From Dimorphilus gyrociliatus (lineage: Eukaryota; Animalia; Annelida): DNA of 64,000 nucleotides. Position numbers and translations under genes: made by a program. Below, piece after piece: positions 25,601 through 38,961 of the stretch; within the stretch, counting starts at the first letter, position 1, and each line of letters opens with the position of its first letter. A model generated the notes under the pieces. The model made no database searches. It was not told the DNA's origin and worked only from the letters and a program-made list of their open reading frames with translations. The stretch spans positions 62,001 to 126,000 of the forward strand of contig CAJFCJ010000008.1 of NCBI GenBank assembly GCA_904063045.1. The letters are read 5' to 3'.

Positions 25601-28032
25601 TCTTCACCTGGTTTAGCGTTGCTTCTTTTTCTATAAATATATATACATAAGCTCATATATATCCAATCATTAAACAGACTTACATAGTATGTGTTTACAT
25701 AAACAATAAAATTACAGAAGAATAATTTTTCCTCTCTTTTTCTTTGAATAATAACAACATGGCTAATTCTCAGAAAATCTATAATGCTATAAAGGGATGG
25801 AGAACTATATACACTTTTATTTTTCTATATAATTTATATACTCGCTTACACGGCAATATATAAGTTAGACAGTTAAAGTATATGGCGCATTCATAATATA
25901 TGTACAAGTGTATAAATATATAAATATACAAATACGTATACATAGATGTATGTACCGTTCCTTATTATGTATATTTGTTTTATTTATAATGAAAAGGATT
26001 ACTATTATTATAAAAAGTACAGTATTTTTTTTTAACCTACATTTTAATAGACAAAGAAAATGGTGAAAGCGTATAAAATGGGATAGAGAGAGAGAGACAA
26101 AATTATATTTTTGTCGATTTTTTATTCTTTCCTCAATCTTTCAACTAAATCAATAACCCATAAAAAAAAGTTGAGGTAATTTCCACTAATTTCCAAACGA
26201 TTATGTCATCGTTTTACCGCAATTACGCGAGTATTTTTGTTGGAAATTTATTACTTTTTCGCGTTGATTAGTGTTATTTGAAACGTTCCGCTCGAAACGG
26301 TCGAGTAATCGGTCGACATTCCATAGTCAAGGGTAACGCTGGACTTTTGGGGGCGTAGAAATAGTTTATATGCTTTTAAAAAGTGGGAGGAGCAAATCTT
26401 TTCGAATATGGACGCCCATTGCTCGCGTGCTTCTCGAGGGGAGGAGGTGGAAGGGGTGTTATTCTTTTTCACAAAGTAAGCTCCTGGCGTGAGAGCATTG
26501 GGTAACTGAAGCAAGAGAAAACAAATATGGCGGCGGACTCTGCTAATTGTCAAAAGATTTGGAAATTAGTCCGACGTTTGAGACAACGTTCCCGAGATTA
26601 TAGGGAAGCTATTAATTATTCAACATAAAGCCGACCTTTTCAAAGGCACTGTTTGATGCAAGCCAATATAAAAAGATTAGCAAAAAAAGACCTATTAAGT
26701 TGTTTGATTGTTGCTATTCCCTATATATGTGTATATATACAATATATTTATATATACAGTGTATATATCTTTCACTTTTTCTTTGATTCTATCCCCTTTT
26801 CCTCTCCCTTTCGTTCCTCTCTATACAAACAATAAACTCTATTCATTGTTGGACAATACCGATCTTATTAATTTATTACCGATATTACGTAATAATGTTA
26901 ATAATGAGGGAGAGTGTAATGGATAGAATTCTATTTTCTCTTTCAAATGGAAGAAATTGATTAGTTTGTTCTAAACTTATTTTTAAGACAAAGTAGGTCT
27001 AATAAATCAAGACAGTCTATAATTTCATATTAAACTAAAGCCTATAAAAACTGGGAGATCTGCTACTTAAAGTTTTGTTTATGAAGATAAAATAGGAACT
27101 TTTCTATCTCTTTCCCGCTCTCGCTCTCTCTCACTCTTTCTCTACCAGCTATAGTACGTGGCCGACTTAGCGGGAGAATAAACGACTAATTAAAAACGTC
27201 GATTCCGTCACGCTGCATCTACCTTAAACGGCGTTCTACACGTGCAAATTACCAGCGTACCGGAACGCTTTTAGTAACGTGTCAGAAAAACGCTCTCGCT
27301 TTCGCTGTTCCAGAGAGGAAGTTGTATAGACGAAATTTGAATGTGGCGTCTCTGTATTGAAACATAAACGGCGTCTCTGTAGCAGCAGACAAAGACGATT
27401 AGATATGAAATTACATGTTATTGTTCTCTTTCTTTCTTTATATACATTTTACGATGAGAATGCGGGACATTCTATTATAATTGAGAGATATATATTTTTT
27501 ATTATTAAAAAAAGAGTGCACACACATGCTCAGAGTAAATAAATAAATAAGAATGTCAGCGTCTCATGGAGAGAAGATTGTAGACGCTTCGGAAATAAAC
27601 GGTTAGACGATACTCCCTGCTTCTTTATTAAAAGTTAATCCCTTTGTGACTGCCTAACGTTTTGTACGCTTTTTTTATTATTACGAGAGTCAACAATATG
27701 GCGATTAATTCGTAGGCGGTACATTTAAATTATAGGGTTCTTTTAATAAGGAATTTTTAAGGAATGAAATTAGAGTTAAAGGGGCGGGAGGAAAAGAAAA
27801 TTGCTTAATGACTTTAAATAGTATATGAGACAGGACTGTATGTCCACTTCTTTCAAAAAAAAGATACTAAGGGATTAGATAGCAATTGCAACGGTACATT
27901 TATTAAGTTTACTTTGAAAAGTTGTCTTGCCATTGCCCCAAGGCGAAGCGGGCTAAGAGATAGGCAATGGATAAAGAAGAGTTTGAATAAAAAAACAGGG
28001 AAGGGAGAGCGAAAGAGACAGACAAGCACGCT

Positions 28033-28058
28033 GAGAGAGAGAGAGAGAGAGAGAGAGA
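28033..28058. repeat. (GA)n microsatellite
   Basis: Visible run; other (GA/CT)n runs lie at about 16300-16324, 31480-31497 and 38927-38958. Confidence 0.95.
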
Positions 28059-31000
28059 GGAAGAAAGAAAGAATTTTATTTAAAAGTAAACTGGTACTGT
28101 TATCTGTCTAAATATTATACTCACTCGTGTATTACCTACTCGACCTTCTCCTATTCGTCTTCTTTTTTTAACTATACTTTTATAAATCAACCTATCCACC
28201 CCCCGCTTCACTTACTAAATTTTATAATATCATTTGATTTATTTAAAAAATATATAAGTTAACGATAGTTAAAAATTGAAATTTTAACAAAGGATAAAAA
28301 AAGAGTTAGAGTGACTAGTTTATAGAAAAGGGATAGTTTATCTTTTATATGATATTTATATTCTATTATTCTTTGTTATTCTTATTATTTATTATTTTAT
28401 TTACGACTGTTATTCTTACCCGATACTCAACACCATCGTATTTAAATATAAAAAGTGTTAAAGTTATTTCCCAATCGTAACTATATTGGGTCAATAAAGG
28501 TACTATGTTAATTTTATAGGCTTTTAATTTGTTAAATACTTTTTTTAAGGCTAATTGACTATTGCGTAAAATATTATGATTGTTTTTTATTGTTTAATAT
28601 ATATGTAAATAAGGTTTATATGGTAATAAAAGTATGGGTTTAACGCTTAATTACCTACATCAATTTATTTGCTAAAAGAGACACGGCGAAGGTATGCCTT
28701 TTAGCTGTTTAGTTTGATAATTAAATAAAACTTTAAATTCCATTGGGGGTACTGTAGTCAATCCGCCTCTTTTTTTCTTTCTAAAGGGAAATCGATTAAG
28801 TTTTAATAGAGTAAATAGGGAAGAGAATCTCTCTAATATAGGCTTAGAAAAAGAGGGTGGAGGGTAGACCGTTTAAAATCTGTATATTGTAGTAATGTCA
28901 AATAACCAACGTCTCCTTACATTCCGTTTGTATAAACTATAGGGGCGTGATAGACTACTCACCCCTCCCTCTTTTACTCCTCCTTTCTATCTCATTATAC
29001 AATAGTCAGCTATTTTCTCCCTTCATCAACTGTAACAAACGCCATCTACATTCTTCGTAACGCTCAATTTACTTATAATAAGGGACGTGAAACAACTCAT
29101 ACCAAACAATTTAACTATACTATTATACGAAGTAATAATTGCTTGAGTAAGCAAGCTTTTTTTTCTTTTAACACTAAAGTCGATTTATGCTTACTTCCTG
29201 AAAAAATGCCACTTAGCTTTCATATTTTCTCTTCTTTTTTATCATCATTTTTAAGTATTTTCAATAATTTATTGGGTTTTTTTTATTATTCTTTGTAGCT
29301 CTAAGGAAAATAGAATTATATATTAAAAGAATCTATCATAAAGACAAACTTTCTTACTGTTTAATTAATTGTAGATTAATTACAAAGATAAAAAAATGTG
29401 ATAGATAAGTTTAAATAAAGCGTGGGAATACAAACTTTCGAAATGGTAGGGTTAAACAATGTTTAAAAACTTAATTATTAATGAAATGGATATAAGATAC
29501 CCAATTAGAAGATATCAGAAAGTAGAACATCATTTTCCCTAGATATACAGAAGACTTTCGAGTTTTAGATGTATTTAAAAAATTCGGTTAATCTATCAAA
29601 AGATATTAGCGAATGCTTAACGTACTGTAGATTGTATAATGTTATTTAACCTCTTTACTGGATACGAGACTATTCTCTGACAAACAATTTAGCCATTTAC
29701 TAGTATAAATCAGTGTAAATGCGTATTGGTGTGAGACTTTACCGGTCGTCATGCCAGACTTTTAGAGATATATATTGCTATATGAACCTACTGCTGAGAA
29801 GTAGTTATTCATCCGGCTATTTGTACACATGTGCATATATCTTGCTAATAGCCTCCTCGTTTTTTGAATCATCTTTACATTTTTCTCCTCCATTTGTTTC
29901 AGTTAAATAAAGATGGAATGAAATTCCAATCATTCTCACATATTCCCTTACTTTACCTCTTTCAATCATTCAAACTCGTACATTTGGGTTTGTGTTCGTG
30001 TTGGCTTTTAAGGGAAATTTGAAACTACAGACAGAGTGGAACGTAGCTAAACTTTTATATAATTGATGCTCTCTCCAATAGCCAGCGATTACTGTGCTAT
30101 AAGTTTCTCATAAATCAAAGAAAAACTCAGGGATTTATTACAAACGATCCGAAAACTTTTTTTTTAGATATTTTATTTAAAAAGTGGAAAACTGTAAAAA
30201 GAGACAGAAATAAAGAGATATAGAAAAGTGAGAGTCGATCTTGTTGCACTAGACAAAAGTCTGTTTAGTTATAAATATATCGATTATGTTTTTAAAGGCC
30301 TCTTAAGAAAGATTACCATCAGTTTGTATTCCTTTATTGCTTTTTTTTGTTGGTAGGTAGGTCGAGTAGAGAGTATAAAAAAGAGAATTGTCCAGCCGTT
30401 TAGAAAGTCGAATAATAGATCTATTCTAGTTCTAGATGTTAATTTAAGAGAAAAAAACATTTTTTATTGCAGATTCCTTCTTAAATTTCTGCGGCTGGCA
30501 AATAAGAAGAAATTCTCTATTCGTTTTTTTATTATTTTATTCTCCTTTTATGTTTCAACACCCGTCGGTATTCATTATTTCGAAAGACATCCAGCTGATA
30601 GTTTTGTGCTACCCATAGTAAGACACATGCAATTAAAAGATATTCAATTACGTAACCTCTCCTTATAACAATACAAAGATGAAAGGGAAACGACATAGTT
30701 TTCTACTTATTAGAAGGATGAGAAAAGGAAAAAATAATAGATAATCCCCTAGACAGATAATTATGGTTAGTTAAATTTCTCAATCACTCTACCCTTGAAT
30801 CCATAGTCTGATTGTTTAAAAAGAGAGAATTATATGAATAATTTCTCTATAAAATGCCATAAATTTTAAAAAGACAATTGAACAAACTGATCTATAGCAC
30901 AATCAGTAAGTTAATCCCTATATTACTTCAGATCGAATTAAGTCTTTCATTGGTTTGAATTAAGGAGAAAATATATTGGTGTTGTCAAGCGATTATTAAA

Positions 31001-33275
31001 ATAGAGCTAAAGTAATATTACTTCACTAATAAGGAATATATTGATTTTGTATATTTATTTAATAAAAGGGAGTTTACAAACCGATTCCATGAAACGTCGT
31101 TGATTAGGGAAATGATTTCTTTTACAAGTAATTAAAGAAATATGAAAAGTATAATAGACATTTCGGAAAATATTGTCTTTTTAGCAACCAGGGAAGTTTA
31201 ATTAGTAAACTTTTCATAATAATATAAATAAGTATAAATATATTAATATCTATAAACGTAAGAATAAGTATGAAACTAAAATACCGTTTCTAGAGTTTCT
31301 TACTGGATTTTACAATAACATGACAAATTGCTTGTATAAAAATAGTTTAAAGAAAAACAATGCAGTTATCGATATACATGGAAACAAACACGTATTTTAT
31401 TATAACACGAAGCGGTAGGAGACAGAGGTATCTTTTCTCTATTTATCTATTTCTTTTAGTCCATCTAAGTTTCTTTTCTCTCTCTCTCTCTCTCTCTTTC
31501 TTTTGTAAAGTTTCTGCTAACTTATAGGTCTACGACCTTTCACAATTGAGTGGAACAATAAACAAACAATTTTTAGACCATAAAAATATGTCAATGAATA
31601 ATTATACAGTCTACGCTTTGCAACACAGTGATAAAAGCCTCTCACATTCCTCTTCCTTTCATTCTTAACACTCTTTTTTATATTATTCGTAAGGTGTAAA
31701 GTGACGTACTATTTAATAAACCGTATCCACTTCAAATTAGACAAATACCCGAAACAAAACAATATAAGCGAGATCCTAAATAATACATAAAGTTTCAACA
31801 GCTCCCCCTATTAAAATAATGAAAACTAAGAGATTAACTGCAAAATAGAAAAGAAATTTTAATACATTTATCAGCTACAGAGTATATTATTGTATTGAAT
31901 ACAATATAAATAATATTAAATTAAGGGATTATACGATATAGAAATCTTTAAGAAATAGATATAATATCTATAAAAATAGGATATATTTGTTTATATAATA
32001 ACAGTATATATAGTCTATAATTATAAATATATTTATTACTCAATTATTCTTAATTATAATTAGAATATTACTATTTTTTATTAATAAATTCGTGAAAATA
32101 TTAAAATATATAATGGCTAGAATAAAAAGATTATACTTATTTTATAAGATAAATCAATTAATTACTAAGATAACAAATTTTTTTGTCTTTCGTAACGTTT
32201 TTAATAACAAAAATGATTAGTTTCAGTCCATTAACCGAGTTTTATTCATTTTGAGTTATACTTATAAAAAATAGACTAAAAATATACTATTTTATAGCTT
32301 TTGTAATATTATTCTACAGACCATACATTAAACGATCAAAGACTAAAGTTTATTTGCTTTTATAATGTATCCACAACATGTTCATTAGGCCTCCTTTTTC
32401 TCTTTTCATAAAGAATACAATATAAAAGTTTTATTCTCTTAAAAGATTCTTATTTGCTAACTTCCGGTAGATGAAAATAAAAAAGAAATGGAATAAATCT
32501 TGTTCAACTTTACTATTGTTCTCTTTCATTCAAATATACTAGTTTTCTATATTTGTTCATCTAATGTGATGAAACTCGAATTAATTCCACTTCTGACGTT
32601 TCAGAATGATTGATAGACGATAAAGTTAACGATGAATGGGTAAAAATTACTTTTCCATCTTTAGTGGCTTAGTTAATTCTATTGGCATGCTGTTAATTCT
32701 AAAAATAAAAAGCTATTATAGAATGGTAAAAATCCAAAAGTTTTCCCAGTACTTTAGTTATAGAATAACAGTTGTTTGGCAGACTATAAAACAAAGAGAG
32801 ATAGATAAATAGAGAGAGAGAGAGAAACCTCTCCGTTTTGATTAAAAACTAAATTGTAAAAGATAGTAGAAACACCTGTTAAAAAAAAGAGATATACAAG
32901 ATAAAAGATGGAGAGAAATAAGGAGAAGACGATTAGTTATTATAACAATAGTAGGATCAGTTTATCCGCTGTTTTTTTTTATCTAATTTCTATTACATTT
33001 ATCAAATTTAATGGGCAATAAACATTTGGTTTATATTAATTAGATAATTCTTTATATTGTCATTTAATTATAAAAGATGTCTAAATACGGATGAAATAGA
33101 AAATAAAGCAACATGAATTTTCTCCCAGATGCTACTTTAATTGTATTTTATATTTTCCTTCATTTTTATTGTTGCTATTTTTAGTTAATTTACTATAACG
33201 GGCGAAAGCTTAACGAGTATTGAACAAGATCGACAATTTAGATAGGATATACCATTTTGAAAGGGGAGTAGTTAA

Positions 33276-33425
33276 CTACATTTTTGATAGAAGGCTATAA
33301 TGGGTGATAGTTTATGAAAAAAAGTGGGGGTAGATTCCCCGAGGCAAAACTAGGGAAGAAAGGAGCCGCTCTTTAAGAAATTATTAAACTTGCCCAATAA
33401 ATTCCCTTTTTAATAGAAGTATAAA
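33276..33425 (+). repeat. Degenerate ~150 bp dispersed repeat, copy 1
   Basis: Aligns by eye with 36845-36995, e.g. ccgctctttaagaaattattaaacttgcccaataaattccc vs ccgctcttttaacgaattattgaacttgccaataaattctc, and gtagattccccgaggc vs gtagaaccccctaggc. Confidence 0.7.
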
Positions 33426-35419
33426 TTCGTTTCGTATATCAATAAGAACATAAATAAAACTACAAAAAAAAGAATTTATTTATAGTTAAGTTTTATAGCT
33501 ATTAATCTTTTTATATAATAACTATTCACTGATTAACTCCTGTATCTAAACCCATGATAATAAGAAGCTTAGACTATTTATTCATTGGTATTTCACATTA
33601 GCAATTTTATCGTATTTCTATTACATCCTATCTCTTTTCAATTTGTGTATAATAATTAAAAGTATTATCTTTAACAGTTCATTAAGCTATAGACACAAAT
33701 TATATAGGACATAGATATTTTTAATAATTAAACTGTTGTGTTTTCCTCTTCCTTCTATTATAATATTTATCTGTGAGTCTACTCTATCCTTCTCAATTTA
33801 TTAATTCCATATTGGACCTTAATTAGAGATATAAGAGCCTTAGATTGATAACAAACTTGGAATAATTTTAATAAATTGATAAATGGCTGTTTCCCTTAGG
33901 TCTATAAATTTAATATATACAAATTTATTGATTTTATGTAAATGTAGAATAATAACCCAGAATATATATATATATATATATAAGTACACATATATCTTTA
34001 TACAAATCAAAAACTATTAATTTCAATTATTTATCAGTTAATTTCAAACTGTATGAAACTTAAGGAGAGTATAGTTTAAAGTGGAAGCTTTTTGATTGTA
34101 TACAGTAGTATAAAAATCAGGAACTATATTGTTCATTATCTTAGTGCAATTCATACAAGAATCACAACTACATGGAATTAACTTTCCTTTGTCATTTTCG
34201 ATTGAATGTACAGTATTTCCGTTCAATTAAAGTTTTCATACAAATTTTATGAATATTTTAAAAGCAATAAGCATTTATCCTAAAACTAGAGGAACTATTT
34301 AAACATTAGGTTAAAAGAATTCATTTTTAATATCATCCTAATTGTTCCTACAAATAACATGTCGCTGTTTACTTGTGCTTAGTCGATTGTTTGTTATCCA
34401 AGGTCATTATGCTAGGGATATCTGATTACTATGCATTATAGGATACTACTAGCGTCCTTGTAACAAACACATAGTTTTCCATTTGCATAAGAAATAGGAT
34501 AGCAATTAACAGATTATTCATTAATATCCTTTTAAAGAAGAGATATTTTAAAAAAAAAAGGTTAAAGTTGATTGTAAAGTTAAGATCTTTTAAGTAAAGA
34601 ATCAATATTCTGACCTTTTAACAAAACTCCTTTTTCTTAATGATCTTAATGAAAAGTTTGTTTTTTATTTATATTTTCGGGAAAAGCTCTTATTCTGGTT
34701 AAAATTTGGTAGAGAAATTAAATAAATCATTGAGCACGAAAAATTGGCATTTAAAGTTGAAATAATAATGAAAAAAAACATTCTTTGAATATCTCTAAAT
34801 GAATGAAATATCTCATAAATATTAATGAGTTGAACTAATTTAGTAAAATATTCTTTTAAAATCTAATTAGTTGATTAAATTTTTGTCCTTTTTAAGAATA
34901 AATTAATAATAAAAATCGCACAAAAAAAAGGGAAGAAGGATATATTGTCGCTAGATGGCATAACAAAATTAATGATAAATTTATCTTTCTATGTATTTTA
35001 ACTAATGATTATTGGATTATTATTGGCAGATGAGAGTATTTTCTTTAGGCGTTAAAAAACAATTTTAATGTTCGTAGGCTGGTAGGAGAATAAGGCTTAC
35101 TTTCTAGTCATAAAAGACTATATAAATAAAAAAGGAGTAAGAATGAATTTTATGCCTTTTTCCCTTCTTATTATTATTATTACAGAGGTTAACCTGTGAA
35201 ACTTAGCAAGCAATATGAGAAAACATTTTTCTTAAGTATTATGAATAGTTGTTTATCTAAGGAAAGAAGAGATCTTTCAGTTTATTTTCTAATACTGTAA
35301 ACCAGGAATGGAGTATATACTGTATGAACTTATATAAAATGTTTAAATTATGATAATAGTTAATAGCTAAATAGCAAAAATATACACTTAAAAAAAAGAC
35401 AAAGCAAATTGAATTCTTT

Positions 35420-37553
35420 CTAAAGAATAGTGCAACCGCAACAATGCTGTTGTGGATAATCAGGGCAGTGAACTTCGCCTTGTGTTCCATAAACCCAGAA
35501 TCTTTTACTCTCTCCTTTAAATCTATAATCAATCTCTGATACTGGCACTGCTTTGATTGTTTGTTTCTGTGAAATATAAAAGAAATATGTATTGAATCAA
35601 TCAGTTGAAAGACAAGACGATAATAAATGAAAATGAGCTCTCTTTATCAATTAATTGAATAGTTGTATACATTTCTAGGATTTTTTTTAATTATCAATTA
35701 TAGATTTGCAAAAATCTGGTTCAATGCTTTTAGCATTAATTGAACGAGTAAGATTCAACCTTGTAGCACTTATAAAAATTCTATATTAAATATTTGATTC
35801 TGATCAATTATGAGAGATGCCTTTTGCTTAAGTAAATTAGACTTTTACTAAATTTACTCTTTGATAATTAATCCTAGCCACCAATATATTTATTGTATGT
35901 GCAAATTAGTAACATATGAGAAAGGTGGGAAGGTTTTTTAATTAATCAATATGTTTACCTCGAATAATATTTTCTGACTTTTATAAGTTTGTCGATGTTT
36001 GTCGATTAATTGTGATGAAAGAACGTTAATTTCTTTTATGGTTGAATGACTTATAGGCCATGCCATATTGGAAGAGTACTTGAAAATCTCTTTTCCATTG
36101 GCTCCTTTAACCAACTCAATCGGAATACTGTTGATTCTATGAACGTAGTCTGATGCATTGTTTAAGCTATTAAAAGACAAAAACTCTTATACTTTTCTAT
36201 ATTCCAATATGCAGCTTTTTTCAATAACTTACAAAGAAACTGTTAACAAAATAAACCATTTTAGCTGCTTCCTACCTCGGCAAACTAGACAGATCAATTC
36301 TCCGGAACCGGAACATTTACCGCACCTGAAGTGAAAACAATAATATGAATTATTGAGCAATCGATTCCAAAAAGAAAGAGTTAGTCTTACCGACTTTTAC
36401 CAGAACCAGAGCAGCCACCGCAAGACGTTTTGTCGTGTCTCTTTTGCTTAGCGTCAAACTTTTTAACCCAACCCGATCCACTACATTTCGAACATCTAAC
36501 CCTTTTGACACCTTTACATCTTGAACATACTACAAAACCTCGAGCTTTGCAGTTATGACACTGAAAGACCTGTTCTGTATGAGGAACTGGAATTTCCTTT
36601 GTCTCATTCATAAATAAAGCGCTCGGTGTGCAAGATATACTCCAGGGTAGAGGCGGCTCCCCATTATTAGGCCCGTCTATATAGCCGCCGATGAATGGTT
36701 CAAAAGTCCATTTTACACTTCTCCATTCAGTGCAAGTTTCAAGTATATACTACGAAAGTAAAAAAAGAAAAAAATAACAGATTTAAAGTAATAAAATATG
36801 ATAAATCTAAGGAGACGATAGGAATTTAAAAACCCTAACAGAATCTACAATTTATGACATTGGGTTATAATAGGGTATATAGTATATAAAAAAAACGTAG
36901 GTAGAACCCCCTAGGCGATAACAATAAAGAAAAAAAATACCGCTCTTTTAACGAATTATTGAACTTGCCAATAAATTCTCTCAAATAATAAGAAATATGT
37001 ATACATCAACTCAATAGTCTATATATCAGCCAGAGTGTAAATAAAAAAAACACAAAGAATTGGAAACAAGTAATAAAATAAACTTACATGATATGCAAAT
37101 TCATTTGATATGTTGTTAATTATCATATTTGTTGAAACTCCTTTTCCATAACAACAATTACTACTTGCGAATTCGTTTAGAGCATCTTTACATGATTTTG
37201 TTGTATTCTTGTTAATTGGTTTATCAAATTTAACCGCAAGCATTTTTTCTCTATCATCTATATTCGGTTCATTAGGTCTTGGTGGAAGTATTTGCTGTTC
37301 TTCATCAGTTGCATTTTCATAGCCATTGTAAGTATTTAGGCTTATAAATATATTATTGCATCTTACTCCTCTTCTCCTATCATTATTATCTAAAAAAAAA
37401 CAAAAAGGAATTTCTATAATGAACTACTTTTTTATCATTAAACTGTATTATCATCAATTTTTTTATTCTTTTTAATAAAAATAATGATATAATTTTGCAG
37501 TAATCTGCAAAAAAACAGTTTTTATTATATTCATCAGATTCCATACCCTGCAT
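35420..37553 (-). CDS. SSUH2: SSUH2 homologue (DnaJ-type CxxCxGxG zinc-finger repeats); exons 37547-37553 (tentative), 37088-37389, 36391-36749, 36233-36325, 35959-36166, 35420-35566
   Basis: DALNEFASSNCCYG, YILETCTEWRSVKWTFEPF, VPHTEQVFQCHNCKARG...CSRCKG...CSKCSGSG...CGGCSGSG...CGKCSGSG, KQTIKAVPVSEIDY...VYGTQGEVHCPDYPQQHCCGCTIL* all match SSUH2 architecture. Splice phases are consistent; the 5' end is uncertain. Confidence 0.9.
36845..36995 (+). repeat. Degenerate ~150 bp dispersed repeat, copy 2 (in an SSUH2-like intron)
   Basis: Same-orientation match to 33276-33425. Confidence 0.7.
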
Positions 37554-38527
37554 TTTGTTTTTCTAAACTCTTCCAAATAGTTTTACCAAACTCATAAAAA
37601 GCGTTGACCGCTTCTGCAATGAGTTGATAATTACTTGTGACATTGACTTAACATACCGTTCTTCTTATAACATTTTGCAACAGTCGATAAATCTATATGC
37701 AAATTTTAACCTTACGCAAAAGTAAATGCATTATGAATGAGATGTAAACATAAAACATTTTATGAAAGGAATCATTATTGAACCTTATTGGTACTCAATA
37801 GTTTTAAAGCCTAAGCAAGGTCTTACATAGTTGTCTGAACCGGATATGTTAAGCAAATGAAAATATTATATACCATAATATATAAGCTCTTTGGCACGTA
37901 CAAATCGAATATAGTATTTTTTTCCTTTTTAGTCTGTTGTTTCAGACAAATTTGCTATGAATATTTTAAAAATAGACAAGAAAATCACAATCTCTTGAAT
38001 CATACCAATAAAATGTCTGTTATTGTAAATAATTACAAGTATAATTTTTGTATATAAATTATTGATTAATTTGCGTATTCTCTACGAAATAAACAATAAA
38101 ACAGCTTAGAAAAAACCCTTTATTATACTTTCTGACATAAATGAAAGAATATACTTTCCAAAACAGATAAACCTTATCCAATCAACACTCTTTCATTATA
38201 AATATACTAATATTTTATTCATTTGATTCATACATAGCTCTTTCTCGGGATATAAAGAGACAAAAAAAATGAACTAATCCAAAGAATGCACAATTAACCT
38301 TGAATTTTTTTTTCTTGAACATTTACCCAAGATATTTCACCGACCATAAACAAAAACATGAGGAAGAGAACATAACTATTAATTTTCTATTGAATATGCT
38401 ATCATGATTCAGAAAATTGTATATATTTTCTATGAAATGATTGAACAAATCATAGACCTAGTTTTACGCCTATATAATAATAATAATCTATCTACGAACA
38501 ATACGATAAATAGTTATTATATGAACG

Positions 38528-38911
38528 ATGCAACACGGAAAAGCATGCGAGTTTTGTAATGAAACGAAAGACAATTTAAAGGCTTTAAAATCGAAATTAA
38601 TATGCACAGATTGTATTAGAGAAATTACTGGAAATTTTAAATCTTCCATTGATAATCCGGAGAAGATTGAAAATAGACGGGAAAATGAACAATCGAAAAG
38701 AAACTCTAGCGAAGGGGATGTAAAGTTCAATGAAAACATTTCGAATTTGGCGATAAAGGCGAATAGGGTGTCTGTTGATTTAAATACTTTAGGAGAGTTA
38801 AACGTCGATCCAGAAGTTATGGAAGAATTATTGGAGAAGGTAGACGAATCGGTAGGAAAAATGGAAGAATTACAAAAGGCAATTAATAAGTTCAAAGAGA
38901 GTGAAAAATAG
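38528..38911 (+). CDS. Orphan 127 aa protein: CxxC-x15-CxxC putative zinc ribbon plus C-terminal coiled coil
   Basis: 384 nt stop-free frame in very AT-rich DNA, A at -3; CEFC...ICTDC then an E/K-rich heptad-like region (MEELLEKVDESVGKMEELQKAINKFKE). Confidence 0.55.
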   Translation: MQHGKACEFCNETKDNLKALKSKLICTDCIREITGNFKSSIDNPEKIENRRENEQSKRNSSEGDVKFNENISNLAIKANRVSVDLNTLGELNVDPEVMEELLEKVDESVGKMEELQKAINKFKESEK

Positions 38912-38923
38912 TTGAATAGATAT

Positions 38924-38961
<38 letters not shown>

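Noticed and set aside
24518-28111. ORFs 24518-24845, 26251-26553, 26653-26926, 27357-27542 and 27914-28111
   Set aside because: Low-complexity products of GA/TA repeats with no domain or consistent splice structure.
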